A stretch of DNA of 50,479 nucleotides, taken from assembly GCA_938091715.1 (NCBI GenBank), contig CALKMT010000123.1, forward strand, positions 1-50,479. The letters run 5' to 3'. Below, in pieces: positions 9,612 to 18,502 of the stretch. The position numbers were made by a program, and so were the translations under genes. The notes under the pieces are model-generated. The model saw nothing but the letters and a program-made list of their open reading frames with translations, ran no database searches and had not been told where the DNA came from. Source of the DNA: an uncultured Litorivicinus sp. (lineage in GTDB: Bacteria; Pseudomonadota; Gammaproteobacteria; Pseudomonadales; Litorivicinaceae). The stretch's first letter is position 1. Each line of letters begins with the position of its first letter.

Positions 9612-9625
9612 TGCATTCGAATGCA
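9612..9625. promoter_or_regulatory. Perfect palindrome TGCATTCGAATGCA, candidate LacI-family operator
   Basis: 14-bp perfect inverted repeat with central CG in the divergent hisD-like/SDR intergenic region of a cluster encoding a LacI regulator. Confidence 0.7.
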
Positions 9626-9658
9626 ATCACCAATTCACTTACTTCAACCGAGGGCAAT

Positions 9659-10381
9659 ATGAGCGAGACGTTAGCAGGAAAACAGGCATTGGTAACCGGC
9701 GCAGGCAAAGGGCTGGGGCGCGCCATTGCCTTGTCCATGGCCAACGCTGGAGCAAGGGTCTATGCCTTGGCCCGAACAGACAGTGATTTACAATCGCTGG
9801 CCCAAGAGCACGGGAACATTGTGCCCGTGGTCGGGGATGTGCTGAGTGATGACGCGTTGCAGGCTGTTCGCGCTCTGGGACCGTTGGATATCCTGATGAA
9901 TAACGCCGGCACCAACCAGCCCGAGCCGATCGGCGAGGTCAGTGATGACACCCTGGATCGATTGATCGACTTGAACGTCAAAAGTGTTTTTCGCCTAACC
10001 CGAACGGTTCTGGAGCAGATGAACGACGGCGGCAGTATCATCCACATGTCCAGTCAGATGGCCCATGTCGGCAGCCCCGGTCGCACGGTTTATTGCATGA
10101 CCAAGGCGGCACTGGAGGGGTTGACCCGGGCCATGGCAGTCGAATTGGGCCCACGAGGAATCCGCACCAACACCCTGTGCCCGACCTTTGTTATGACCCC
10201 CATGACCGAAAGCTTTTTCGAGAATCCAGAGTTTGCAGCCATGGTCGAACGGATGATTCCGTTGCCGGGTTTACCGAGCCCCGAAGACATCGGGGCCGCG
10301 GCGGTCTATCTGGCCAGCGACGCCAGTCGATACGTAACCGGCAGCGCGCTGAAAATTGATGGGGGTTGGACGGCGGCCTAA
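9659..10381 (+). CDS. Short-chain dehydrogenase/reductase (SDR)
   Basis: TGAGKGLG, NNAG, YCMTK, DGGW; SD GAGG before ATG 9659. Confidence 0.92.
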   Translation: MSETLAGKQALVTGAGKGLGRAIALSMANAGARVYALARTDSDLQSLAQEHGNIVPVVGDVLSDDALQAVRALGPLDILMNNAGTNQPEPIGEVSDDTLDRLIDLNVKSVFRLTRTVLEQMNDGGSIIHMSSQMAHVGSPGRTVYCMTKAALEGLTRAMAVELGPRGIRTNTLCPTFVMTPMTESFFENPEFAAMVERMIPLPGLPSPEDIGAAAVYLASDASRYVTGSALKIDGGWTAA

Positions 10382-10797
10382 CCGGCCTGGCATTCCCGGC
10401 ACAGGCCATACATCACGTGCACATGATCGCTGACCTCGAACCCGTGTTCGGCGGCGATCTGATGCTGACGCTGTTCGATCAGATCGTCCATGTATTCGGT
10501 CACCCCACCACATTTGGTGCACACCATGTGATCGTGGTGGTCGTCATCGGCCAACTCAAACACCGAGGTATTGCCCTCAAAGGTGTGACGTTGCACCAGG
10601 CCGGCCGACTCAAACTGGGTCAAAACACGATACACGGTGGCCAACGAGGCATCCGCGCCCGCGTCTTTTAGCGCGGTCCAGATGTCCTCGGCGCTGACAT
10701 GCCGATCGGTCGCCTGCTCCAAGTATTCCAACACCTGAATCCGAGGCCCTGTGACCTTTAGACCGGCGTTTTTTAGCTCGTCTCGAATACCTGACAA
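10378..10797 (-). CDS. fur: Ferric uptake regulator Fur
   Basis: LKNAGLKVTGPRIQVL, ATVYRVLTQFESAGL, HHDHMVC; divergent from bamE. TTG start at 10797 inferred. Confidence 0.92.
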   Translation of the reverse strand: MSGIRDELKNAGLKVTGPRIQVLEYLEQATDRHVSAEDIWTALKDAGADASLATVYRVLTQFESAGLVQRHTFEGNTSVFELADDDHHDHMVCTKCGGVTEYMDDLIEQRQHQIAAEHGFEVSDHVHVMYGLCRECQAG

Positions 10798-10848
10798 AGG
10801 ACGTCCCCCGTGATAAAACGTCGTCACTCTACCAACAGGACCTGTTCA

Positions 10849-11157
10849 GTGCCAAAACTAATCCCCTTGCTATTCCTCGCTGTATTAACCGGCTGCTCGC
10901 AATTTCCAGGCGTTTATCAAATCCCGGTCGAGCAAGGCAATCAGCTAAGCCAAACCGACATCGACGCCCTGGAGATAGGCATGACCCGAGAACAAGTTCG
11001 GTTTTTGGTGGGCACCCCGGTATTGGTCAACCGATTGGAAAATGATCGCTGGATCTATGTGCGTCGCCAGAGCATTGGGGACGAGATGACGGCGTCTGAA
11101 AAATTGGAAATCCGCTTTGCTGACGGAAAAGTCAGTGAAATCACTCAGTCCCAGTGA
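10849..11157 (+). CDS. bamE: Outer membrane protein assembly factor BamE (OmlA/SmpA)
   Basis: Lipobox LTGC, IPVEQGN, GMTREQVRFLVGTP, RWIY; conserved fur-bamE divergence. GTG start inferred. Confidence 0.9.
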   Translation: MPKLIPLLFLAVLTGCSQFPGVYQIPVEQGNQLSQTDIDALEIGMTREQVRFLVGTPVLVNRLENDRWIYVRRQSIGDEMTASEKLEIRFADGKVSEITQSQ

Positions 11158-12878
11158 ACCCTCTTAGGCTGATTGGGGAGCAGCTAGGCCGCTATCCCAG
11201 ACAGCTTGTTATCGCCTGTGCGGCGTTACTGGTCACCGCTGGGGTCACCCTGACCCTGGGCCAGGGCATCCGCTGGGTCGTCGATCGCGGTCTGGGCCAA
11301 AACGACCTGGCAGATCTGAAACTGGGTCTGGCAGTCTTGATGGTGATCAGCCTGCTGATGGCGGTCGGTACCTTTGTACGTTTTTATATGATGTCTTGGC
11401 TTGGGGAACGCGTCAGTGCCGATTTGCGTCAGCGCGCCTTTGATCGCCTGATCGAGCAGCCTCCCGGGTATTTTGACCAGCACCTGTCAGGCGAGATCAT
11501 GAGCCGCATCACCGCGGACACCACGATCCTGCAAAGCTTGATTGGATCGGCCATCTCAATGGCCCTGCGCAATGTGCTCACCAGTGTCGGCGGGCTGGTG
11601 ATGATGCTAGCCACCAGTCCTCGACTGACACTGTTGATCCTCATTGCCGTGCCCTGCGTGCTGGCCCCCATTTTGTTTCTGGGTCGTCGGGTACGGGCGC
11701 TGTCCCGGGCATCCCAGGACACCTTGGCCGATGTGGGTCAAAATGCGGGCGAAGCCATTCAAGAGATCAAAACCGTGCAGGCCTTCGGTCAGATTGAGTA
11801 CATCAAGGCACAGTTTGGGGAACGAGTTGAAAGCGCCTTTGCGGTGGCGCGGCGGCGGATTTTCCAACGCAGCTTGCTAATTGCAGCCGTCATTGTGTTG
11901 GTCTTTGCCGCCCTATCGCTGATGTTGTGGGTCGGGGGCGGGGACGTGATCGCCGGCACCATGAGTCCTGGTGATCTGTCGGCTTTTGTCTTTTATGCCT
12001 TGCTGGTCGCTCTAGGTGCGGCGACGCTGGCCGAGGTTACCAGCGAGGTGCAGCGAGCGATCGGCGCCACTGAGCGGCTGGCCGAGTTCGTCAACCTAAG
12101 TGCGCCCCATCACTACGGCCACACCTCCTTGCCGAGCCAGGCGCAGGACATAAAGATTCAAGACCTGCATTTCAGCTATCCCCAACGCCCAGAACAACCG
12201 GTGCTGAAGGGTCTGTCCATCGAATTGAAGGCCGGTCAAACCACCGCCGTGGTCGGCCCCTCGGGTGCCGGCAAGTCAACGCTGTTTGACCTGCTGTTGC
12301 GCTTTCGCGCCCCGGATCGCGGTCAGATCTTGATTGGCGACACAGATCTGACGCAGATCTCAGAGCAGGATCTGCGCCGCTATTTTGCTATCGTGCCGCA
12401 GCAACCCAGCCTGTTCAGCTCGAGCATCCGCGAGAACATTGCCTTTGGGCGTCCCGGGGCGAGTGATTCAGAGATTCAAGAAGCCGCGCAAGCCGCAGGC
12501 GCCGATAGCTTCATTCAGTCGTTACCCCAGGGCTATGACACCCGAGTAGGCGAACGAGGGGTGCAACTGTCCGGCGGCCAGCGTCAGCGCATTGCGATCG
12601 CCCGAGCCCTATTGCACCAGGCGCGCTGGCTGTTGTTAGACGAGGCTACCAGCGCCCTGGACAGCCACAGCGAGCAACGGATCCAGCAAACGTTGTTTGG
12701 GTTACGGGGACGTATATCGACCTTGGTCATCGCCCACCGCATCAGTACGATCGAGGATGCCGATCAGATCCTGGTGCTTGAGGCCGGCGCCTTTGTCGAC
12801 CGCGGCACCCATGTTGAGTTACTCGAACGCAGCGCAGTTTACCGGCAACTGCAGCCCTCCTTGGAGCGGTTTAGCTAG
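11154..12878 (+). CDS. MsbA-related ABC exporter, fused permease/ATPase
   Basis: TM domain plus GPSGAGKST, LSGGQRQR, LLLDEATSALD. Confidence 0.9.
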   Translation: MNPLRLIGEQLGRYPRQLVIACAALLVTAGVTLTLGQGIRWVVDRGLGQNDLADLKLGLAVLMVISLLMAVGTFVRFYMMSWLGERVSADLRQRAFDRLIEQPPGYFDQHLSGEIMSRITADTTILQSLIGSAISMALRNVLTSVGGLVMMLATSPRLTLLILIAVPCVLAPILFLGRRVRALSRASQDTLADVGQNAGEAIQEIKTVQAFGQIEYIKAQFGERVESAFAVARRRIFQRSLLIAAVIVLVFAALSLMLWVGGGDVIAGTMSPGDLSAFVFYALLVALGAATLAEVTSEVQRAIGATERLAEFVNLSAPHHYGHTSLPSQAQDIKIQDLHFSYPQRPEQPVLKGLSIELKAGQTTAVVGPSGAGKSTLFDLLLRFRAPDRGQILIGDTDLTQISEQDLRRYFAIVPQQPSLFSSSIRENIAFGRPGASDSEIQEAAQAAGADSFIQSLPQGYDTRVGERGVQLSGGQRQRIAIARALLHQARWLLLDEATSALDSHSEQRIQQTLFGLRGRISTLVIAHRISTIEDADQILVLEAGAFVDRGTHVELLERSAVYRQLQPSLERFS

Positions 12879-12925
12879 ATTCCGTACCATAGTTGGCAAA
12901 CCATCAGAACACGAAGGACCCCATC

Positions 12926-13390
12926 TTGATTTATTACTTTGCCTTTGGCTCGAACATGAATATCGAGCGCTTAGAGACCGCTCGCTTGCGCCCAGAAGGA
13001 TTGCGTGTGCATGAGGTCGTGGGTGGCCGTCTGGACGACTATCGGGTGTGCTTTGACAAAACCGCCTCGTCATTGATTCTGGGAGGCGTGACGAATATTC
13101 AGCCCTGCCCCGGGGAATGCGTGTACGGCACCCTGAACCAGGTGGATCAAGCCGCGCTGGATGTTCTGGATCACTACGAGGCTGTGGCGGATAACCTGTA
13201 CCAGCGCATCAACGTAAGGTGTCAGCGCTCGGACGGCCAGTGGGTCGACGCCGTGGCCTATCAAGCGCAGCCGCCATTTGATTCCGACGCCCGGCCCTGT
13301 CGCGAATACCTAGGGCATCTGCTAGCGGGTCAGGCCTATTTGCCCGCCGAGTACTTTGAACGGCTTAAGGCGTGGCCGACCGTCGATTAA
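12926..13390 (+). CDS. Gamma-glutamylcyclotransferase family protein
   Basis: YFAFGSNM, VYGTL, LDHYE; TTG 12926 after SD AAGGA (alternative start 12893). Confidence 0.8.
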   Translation: MIYYFAFGSNMNIERLETARLRPEGLRVHEVVGGRLDDYRVCFDKTASSLILGGVTNIQPCPGECVYGTLNQVDQAALDVLDHYEAVADNLYQRINVRCQRSDGQWVDAVAYQAQPPFDSDARPCREYLGHLLAGQAYLPAEYFERLKAWPTVD

Positions 13391-14321
13391 GAATGCGCAG
13401 GGCTTGATCATAGGCATACACCATCGCGCTGGGGTCCGCCTGACCGGTTCCTGCGATTTCAAAGGCCGTGCCGTGATCCGGACTGGTCCGCACAAAGGGC
13501 AGGCCCGCAGTGAAATTTACGCCACGCTCGACCCCTAAGTACTTGACCGGGATCAGGCCCTGATCGTGGGTCATGGCCACCACCAGATCGAATTCGCCTT
13601 GGCGGGCGCGCATGAACACCGTGTCGCCTGAATAGGGCCCGGTCACCGAGGGGCGGTTAAATCGGCGAATCGCAGGCTCGATGAATTGAATCTCCTCGTC
13701 ACCGAACAGGCCCTGCTCGCCGGCGTGGGGATTGAGCCCGGCCACCGCAATGCGAGGGGTGTCAAATCCCAAGGCCTGGGCCGCCGCCCAAGCCTTGGGC
13801 AAAATGGCATCCACCGCACCCACCCGGATCTGCTCAATCGCCTGCTGCATCGAGCAGTGCACCGTGGCTAGCGCCACCGCTAACTCGTCGTTAGCCAGGA
13901 TCATGGCCACTTCGGTGCCTGCCTGCTGGGCCAAGTACTCGGTATGCCCAGGGTAGTGAATGCCAGCCCGGGACCAGGCCTCTTTGTGAATCGGTGCGGT
14001 TACCACGGCGGTCAAGGAACCCCGCAGCGCAGCGCCGACCGCGTGTTCCAGGGCCTGGAACCCAGCCGCCCCAGCGGCAGGCGACAGCACGCCGGGCTGC
14101 GGCGGCGTGGGCAACTCCCCACAGGGCACCACCACCAAGACCTTTGGATCGTCCGTCGGGCCTTGCACAGACACCTCTAGTGCCGGAGCGAACTGCTCAG
14201 CCGCGTGTTTGAGGACCTGTACATCGCCATAGACCACGCGGTGGCCTGACATCGCCGACCATCCTTTGACGATGATCTCGGGACCGATCCCCGCGGGGTC
14301 GCCCATGGTAATTCCGATCAT
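13365..14321 (-). CDS. pdxA: 4-hydroxythreonine-4-phosphate dehydrogenase PdxA (PdxA/PdxA2 family)
   Basis: GITMGDPAGIGPE, GHTE, NPHAGE, HDQGLIPVK, RTSPDHGTA; TAATG coupling to the upstream ABC gene. Confidence 0.9.
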   Translation of the reverse strand: MIGITMGDPAGIGPEIIVKGWSAMSGHRVVYGDVQVLKHAAEQFAPALEVSVQGPTDDPKVLVVVPCGELPTPPQPGVLSPAAGAAGFQALEHAVGAALRGSLTAVVTAPIHKEAWSRAGIHYPGHTEYLAQQAGTEVAMILANDELAVALATVHCSMQQAIEQIRVGAVDAILPKAWAAAQALGFDTPRIAVAGLNPHAGEQGLFGDEEIQFIEPAIRRFNRPSVTGPYSGDTVFMRARQGEFDLVVAMTHDQGLIPVKYLGVERGVNFTAGLPFVRTSPDHGTAFEIAGTGQADPSAMVYAYDQALRILNRRSATP

Positions 14322-16150
14322 TAATCCAGCCCTAAAAACCCACCGGTTTGGTGCGCCCATAACTTGGCATAGATACCCCCGGCCTGCACCAGCTCCTGAT
14401 GCGTGCCCTGCTCAACAATCCGCCCCTCGTCCAGAACCACCAGGCGATCCATGGCCGCAATGGTCGACAGCCGATGGGCAATGGCGATCACGGTCTTGTC
14501 CGCCATCAAGCGTTGCAGGCTCGATTGAATGGCCGCCTCGACCTCGGAGTCTAGGGCACTGGTGGCTTCGTCCAGGATCAAGATCGGTGCGTTTTTGAGC
14601 ATGACCCGGGCGATCGCCACACGCTGACGCTGGCCCCCGGACAGCTTGACGCCCCGCTCACCGACCTGCGCGTCGTAGCCACGATTGCCAAAGGGATCGG
14701 TTAACTCGGCGATAAAGTCATCGGCTTCGGCCTGACGGGCAGCCTCGAACATTGCCGCATCGTCCGCATCAGGGCTGCCGTACAACAGGTTTTCCCGGAT
14801 CGAGCGATGCAACAACGAGGTGTCTTGCGTCACCATGCCGATAGATGCCCGCAGGCTTTCCTGGCTCACCTGATCGATCGGCTGGCCGTCGATGCGCACT
14901 TGGCCTTTTTCAACATCGTGAAAGCGCAACAACAAATTAACCAACGTGGACTTACCCGCGCCAGAGCGCCCTACCAGGCCGATTTTCTCGCCCGGTTTAA
15001 CGCTTAGATTAAAGTCCTCGAGCACGCCCTCGGACTTGCCGTAATGGAAGCTGACCCGGTCAAACTCAATGCCACCGGCGGTAACCGCCAACGGCTTGGC
15101 ATCGGGCACATCGACAATTTGATGGGGCTGGGACAGCGTATTTCGCCCGTCCGCCACCATGCCAAGGTTCTCGAACAGCATGCTGACTTCCCACATAATC
15201 CACTGGGCCAGGCCGTTCAAACGAAGCGCCATGCTGACCGCCACGGCGATCGCCCCAACCGTGATAGCGCTGAGGGTCCAGAGATAAATCGAAAAGCATC
15301 CCACCACGAACAGCAGCACATAGATCAGCGTATTGACGCTGACGTTTAAGCCCGTGCCGTAGCGCATTTGACGATGCACTGTGCCCAAAAACTGATCCAT
15401 CGCCTCTTGAGCGTAATCAGATTCCCGTCGAGAGTGGCTGAACAACTTAACCGTCTGAATATTGGTGTAGCTGTCGACCACCCGGCCGGTCATCATCGAT
15501 CGCGCGTCGGCCTGATCCATGGCCGACTGTTTCAACCGCGGCAGGTAATAACGAAGCACCAGGGCATAGCCCGCCAACCACCCCAACATCGGAATCATCA
15601 GGACCGGATCGCTTTGCCCGATCAGGAACACCATCGAGAAAAAATACACCGAGACATAGACCATGACGTCCAACAGCTTCATCACGGTTTCTCGTACCGA
15701 CAACGCGGTTTGCATCATCTTGGTGGCGACTCTGCCTGCGAATTCGTCTTGGTAAAAGCTCATGGACTGGCCCAGCAGATAGCGGTGTGCCCGCCAGCGG
15801 ATGGCCATGGGATAGTTGCCCAGCAGCGTTTGGTGCATCACCGTACTGCGCAGCCAAATCAGACTGGGCAACAGGATCAGCACAAAGGCGCCAAACAGCA
15901 GCAATTCAGTCCGACGCTCGGCGATCAGGGTGTCTGGGTTTTGTTCGACCAGCCAATCCACTAGCTGTCCGAGCATCCAAAACAAGCCGGCCTCGAAGAA
16001 CGCAACTATTGCCGACAGGCAAGACAACACCACCAGCCAGGGCTCCATGCCCTGGGTGTAGTGGCGGCAAAAGGCATACAGCCCGCTCGGTGGTTGGGTC
16101 GGCGGCTCGGGCGGAAAGGGCTGTGTTAAAGATTCAAAAAAACGAAACAT
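14321..16150 (-). CDS. ABC exporter, fused permease/ATPase (multidrug-type)
   Basis: GRSGAGKST, LSGGQRQR, DEATSALD, ending QTGGF. Confidence 0.92.
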   Translation of the reverse strand: MFRFFESLTQPFPPEPPTQPPSGLYAFCRHYTQGMEPWLVVLSCLSAIVAFFEAGLFWMLGQLVDWLVEQNPDTLIAERRTELLLFGAFVLILLPSLIWLRSTVMHQTLLGNYPMAIRWRAHRYLLGQSMSFYQDEFAGRVATKMMQTALSVRETVMKLLDVMVYVSVYFFSMVFLIGQSDPVLMIPMLGWLAGYALVLRYYLPRLKQSAMDQADARSMMTGRVVDSYTNIQTVKLFSHSRRESDYAQEAMDQFLGTVHRQMRYGTGLNVSVNTLIYVLLFVVGCFSIYLWTLSAITVGAIAVAVSMALRLNGLAQWIMWEVSMLFENLGMVADGRNTLSQPHQIVDVPDAKPLAVTAGGIEFDRVSFHYGKSEGVLEDFNLSVKPGEKIGLVGRSGAGKSTLVNLLLRFHDVEKGQVRIDGQPIDQVSQESLRASIGMVTQDTSLLHRSIRENLLYGSPDADDAAMFEAARQAEADDFIAELTDPFGNRGYDAQVGERGVKLSGGQRQRVAIARVMLKNAPILILDEATSALDSEVEAAIQSSLQRLMADKTVIAIAHRLSTIAAMDRLVVLDEGRIVEQGTHQELVQAGGIYAKLWAHQTGGFLGLD

Positions 16151-16204
16151 TGGGGCTCCAAAGCGAGCACGAACACTACCAGAGATACCCCGCGGGTCGA
16201 AACG

Positions 16205-16822
16205 TTAGTCGACCCAAAGCCACATGCCGACCCCGACCATTAGGGTGCCGGCAATACGGTTAATCAGTCGAACGTTGCCGGAGCGGCTCAGAAAACTGGC
16301 CATCACCCGGCCACCGCCGGCATAGATCAACAGACTGGCAAACTCCAACACCAGAATCAGGGCAATCAACAGCGCCAGTTGTCCGGGCAAGGGCCGAGCG
16401 GGATCGATAAAAGGCGGTAGCAGCGCCATAAAAAACGCCCAGCCCTTGGGGTTGGCCACGGCGGTCACAAACCCCTGTATCACTAGGGCTTTCGCATCCA
16501 GCGCCGGAGCCGAGCCCGGTTCAGGTACCGCCAAAGATCCCCGGGAGCGCCACATCTGAACGCCCAGATAAGCCAGATACGTGCCGCCGATCAACTTGAA
16601 CCAGAAAAACCCCGCCGGATACGCCAACAGAAGCGCCGCCACACCCAAGACCGACAAGCAGGCGACCAAGCCGACACCGACCAGCTCGCCGGCCATCATG
16701 GGCAAAGCACCACGTACGCCATAGGTCATCCCCAAGGACAAGGACAGCATCATGCACATGCCCGGGGTGACCGAGACAAAGGCAAAAGTCGGCAGGAACA
16801 CTGCCAGGGTGGAAAGATTCAC
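16205..16822 (-). CDS. LysE/RhtB family amino acid exporter
   Basis: TPG, GGTYLAYLG, QGFVTAVANPKG; about 6 TM segments. Confidence 0.9.
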   Translation of the reverse strand: MNLSTLAVFLPTFAFVSVTPGMCMMLSLSLGMTYGVRGALPMMAGELVGVGLVACLSVLGVAALLLAYPAGFFWFKLIGGTYLAYLGVQMWRSRGSLAVPEPGSAPALDAKALVIQGFVTAVANPKGWAFFMALLPPFIDPARPLPGQLALLIALILVLEFASLLIYAGGGRVMASFLSRSGNVRLINRIAGTLMVGVGMWLWVD

Positions 16823-16864
16823 AGGACGCTCCGATATCAGGAGCGGAGTTGTAGCACGCGGGCT

Positions 16865-17368
16865 CTAAAAGCCCAATACCCAACCGCTAACCAGCAGACC
16901 CAGTGCGGCACCGGCCATAACATCGCTGGGATAATGCAGCCCCAGCACCACGCGACTGAGCATAATCATGGCCGTCACCGGCATCAGGCACACAGCCAAG
17001 CCAGGCATGCTTAACAGCAGGGCCGAGGTGATCGCCACTGCATGCAAGGTGTGGCCGGAAGGAAAACTAAATTCGTCCAGAGCACGGGCCCCGTTGGACA
17101 CCTGAGCGATACTGACAAAGGGCCGGCGGCGTACGGTCTTGCCCTTTAAAATTCGATACAGCAGCAGATTGATGGCGGTAATGACTAGCAGATCCTGACC
17201 GATCTCATCCCAGCTGTACCAAGCGCACCAGCTAAGCAAAATTCCCCAGGCCGGACCGTTACCCACCCAGGAGAAAAACTGAAACCAAGGCCCCCAAAAT
17301 CGACGTTGGTGAAGGCGCGCAGCCCAAATGCAGAAAGGACGTTCAACCTGATCAAGCTTTGCAAACAT
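16865..17368 (-). CDS. PAP2 family lipid phosphatase
   Basis: KxxxxRxRP, SFPSGHT, SRVVLGLHYPSDV. Confidence 0.9.
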   Translation of the reverse strand: MFAKLDQVERPFCIWAARLHQRRFWGPWFQFFSWVGNGPAWGILLSWCAWYSWDEIGQDLLVITAINLLLYRILKGKTVRRRPFVSIAQVSNGARALDEFSFPSGHTLHAVAITSALLLSMPGLAVCLMPVTAMIMLSRVVLGLHYPSDVMAGAALGLLVSGWVLGF

Positions 17369-17411
17369 GGCAAGCTTCCAAATCGCTGAGTTACCTTAGA
17401 TTCCGACGCTT

Positions 17412-18449
17412 TTATGACGATGCGGTGACGCCATCGTGACGATTTGATGAAACTCGTGTCACGGTTTCAACGAACTGATCCGTCGAACGCTGCCAAGAAA
17501 AGTGCTCAGCCCGTCGCCGCGCATCTGCCCGGGTGCAGTTCAGGGCCTGGGCTGCAGCCTCGGCCAAGTCCTCCGACAGGCCACCGCTGACGCCCGGCTG
17601 AATAACTTCCAAGGGTCCTTGCTCTGGAAAAGCGGCAACCGGCGTGCCGCAAGCCATGGCTTCGATCATGACCAAACCGAAGGTGTCGGTGCGACTGGGA
17701 AAGACCATGCAATCCGCCTCGGCGAGGGAATCGCGCAGCGTTTGGCCGCTTTGATAGCCGCGCCATTCCACCTGCGGATGTTTAGCTTGCAAGGATTCGC
17801 GGATGGGACCATCACCCACCACCACGTAACGGCCAGGCACCTGGTCCTGCAGGGCCAAAAAGGCCTCGACATTTTTTTCTTGCGCCACCCGGCCCAAGTA
17901 CAGCAGGCAAGGCTCTGTGCTCGCCGAGGGCTCAAGCCGAGGGACAAAGACCTCTAGATCCACACCCCGGCTCCAGCGCACCAAACGATCGAAACCCCGA
18001 GATTTCAATTCGTCTTCCAGGCTTTGAGTCGCCGTCATGACCGCCGCACTGGGGCTGTGAAAGTGACGTAACCAAGCCCAAGTCCAGGCCGTTGGGATGG
18101 GCAATCGCGCCCGCACGTAATCGGGAAACCGGGTGTGGAAACTGGTCGTAAATGGAATGCCATGCTTGCGGCAGTAACGTCGAGCAGCCCAACCCAGTGG
18201 CCCCTCGGTGGAAATATGGATGCCATCCGGACGGGCTTCGGCCAAGCGAGCGGCCAGTTTGCGATAGGGCAGGATGGCTAACCGAATCTCGCTGTATCCC
18301 GGCATGGCAAATGAACGAAACGAGTCCGGCCCGATGACCTGAACCTCAATTCCCCGGCTTCGCATCTCTTGGCAGGTGCGGGTCAAGGTGGTGACGACGC
18401 CATTGACCTGCTGGCCCCATGCATCGCTGACAATCACTAATCGCTGCAT
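17412..18449 (-). CDS. GT4 glycosyltransferase (Agt-like diacylglycerol glycosyltransferase)
   Basis: SDAW..QVNGVVTTL, HISTEGPLG, TTSFHTRFP, GRVAQEKN, FPSRTDTFGLVMIEAMACGTPVAA; SD CAGGAG. Confidence 0.88.
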   Translation of the reverse strand: MQRLVIVSDAWGQQVNGVVTTLTRTCQEMRSRGIEVQVIGPDSFRSFAMPGYSEIRLAILPYRKLAARLAEARPDGIHISTEGPLGWAARRYCRKHGIPFTTSFHTRFPDYVRARLPIPTAWTWAWLRHFHSPSAAVMTATQSLEDELKSRGFDRLVRWSRGVDLEVFVPRLEPSASTEPCLLYLGRVAQEKNVEAFLALQDQVPGRYVVVGDGPIRESLQAKHPQVEWRGYQSGQTLRDSLAEADCMVFPSRTDTFGLVMIEAMACGTPVAAFPEQGPLEVIQPGVSGGLSEDLAEAAAQALNCTRADARRRAEHFSWQRSTDQFVETVTRVSSNRHDGVTASS

Positions 18450-18468
18450 ATTCACTCCTGTTTGAGGC

Positions 18469-18502
18469 AGTGTGTGAACAAAGCATTACAGCTACATGAC
18501 AA
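18469..18502 (-). promoter_or_regulatory. Pho box (PhoB) promoter upstream of the GT4 gene
   Basis: Minus strand TTGTCAT-gtag-CTGTAAT (11-bp period; possible third half-site TGTTCAC), then 10 nt, then -10-like CACACT. Confidence 0.72.
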
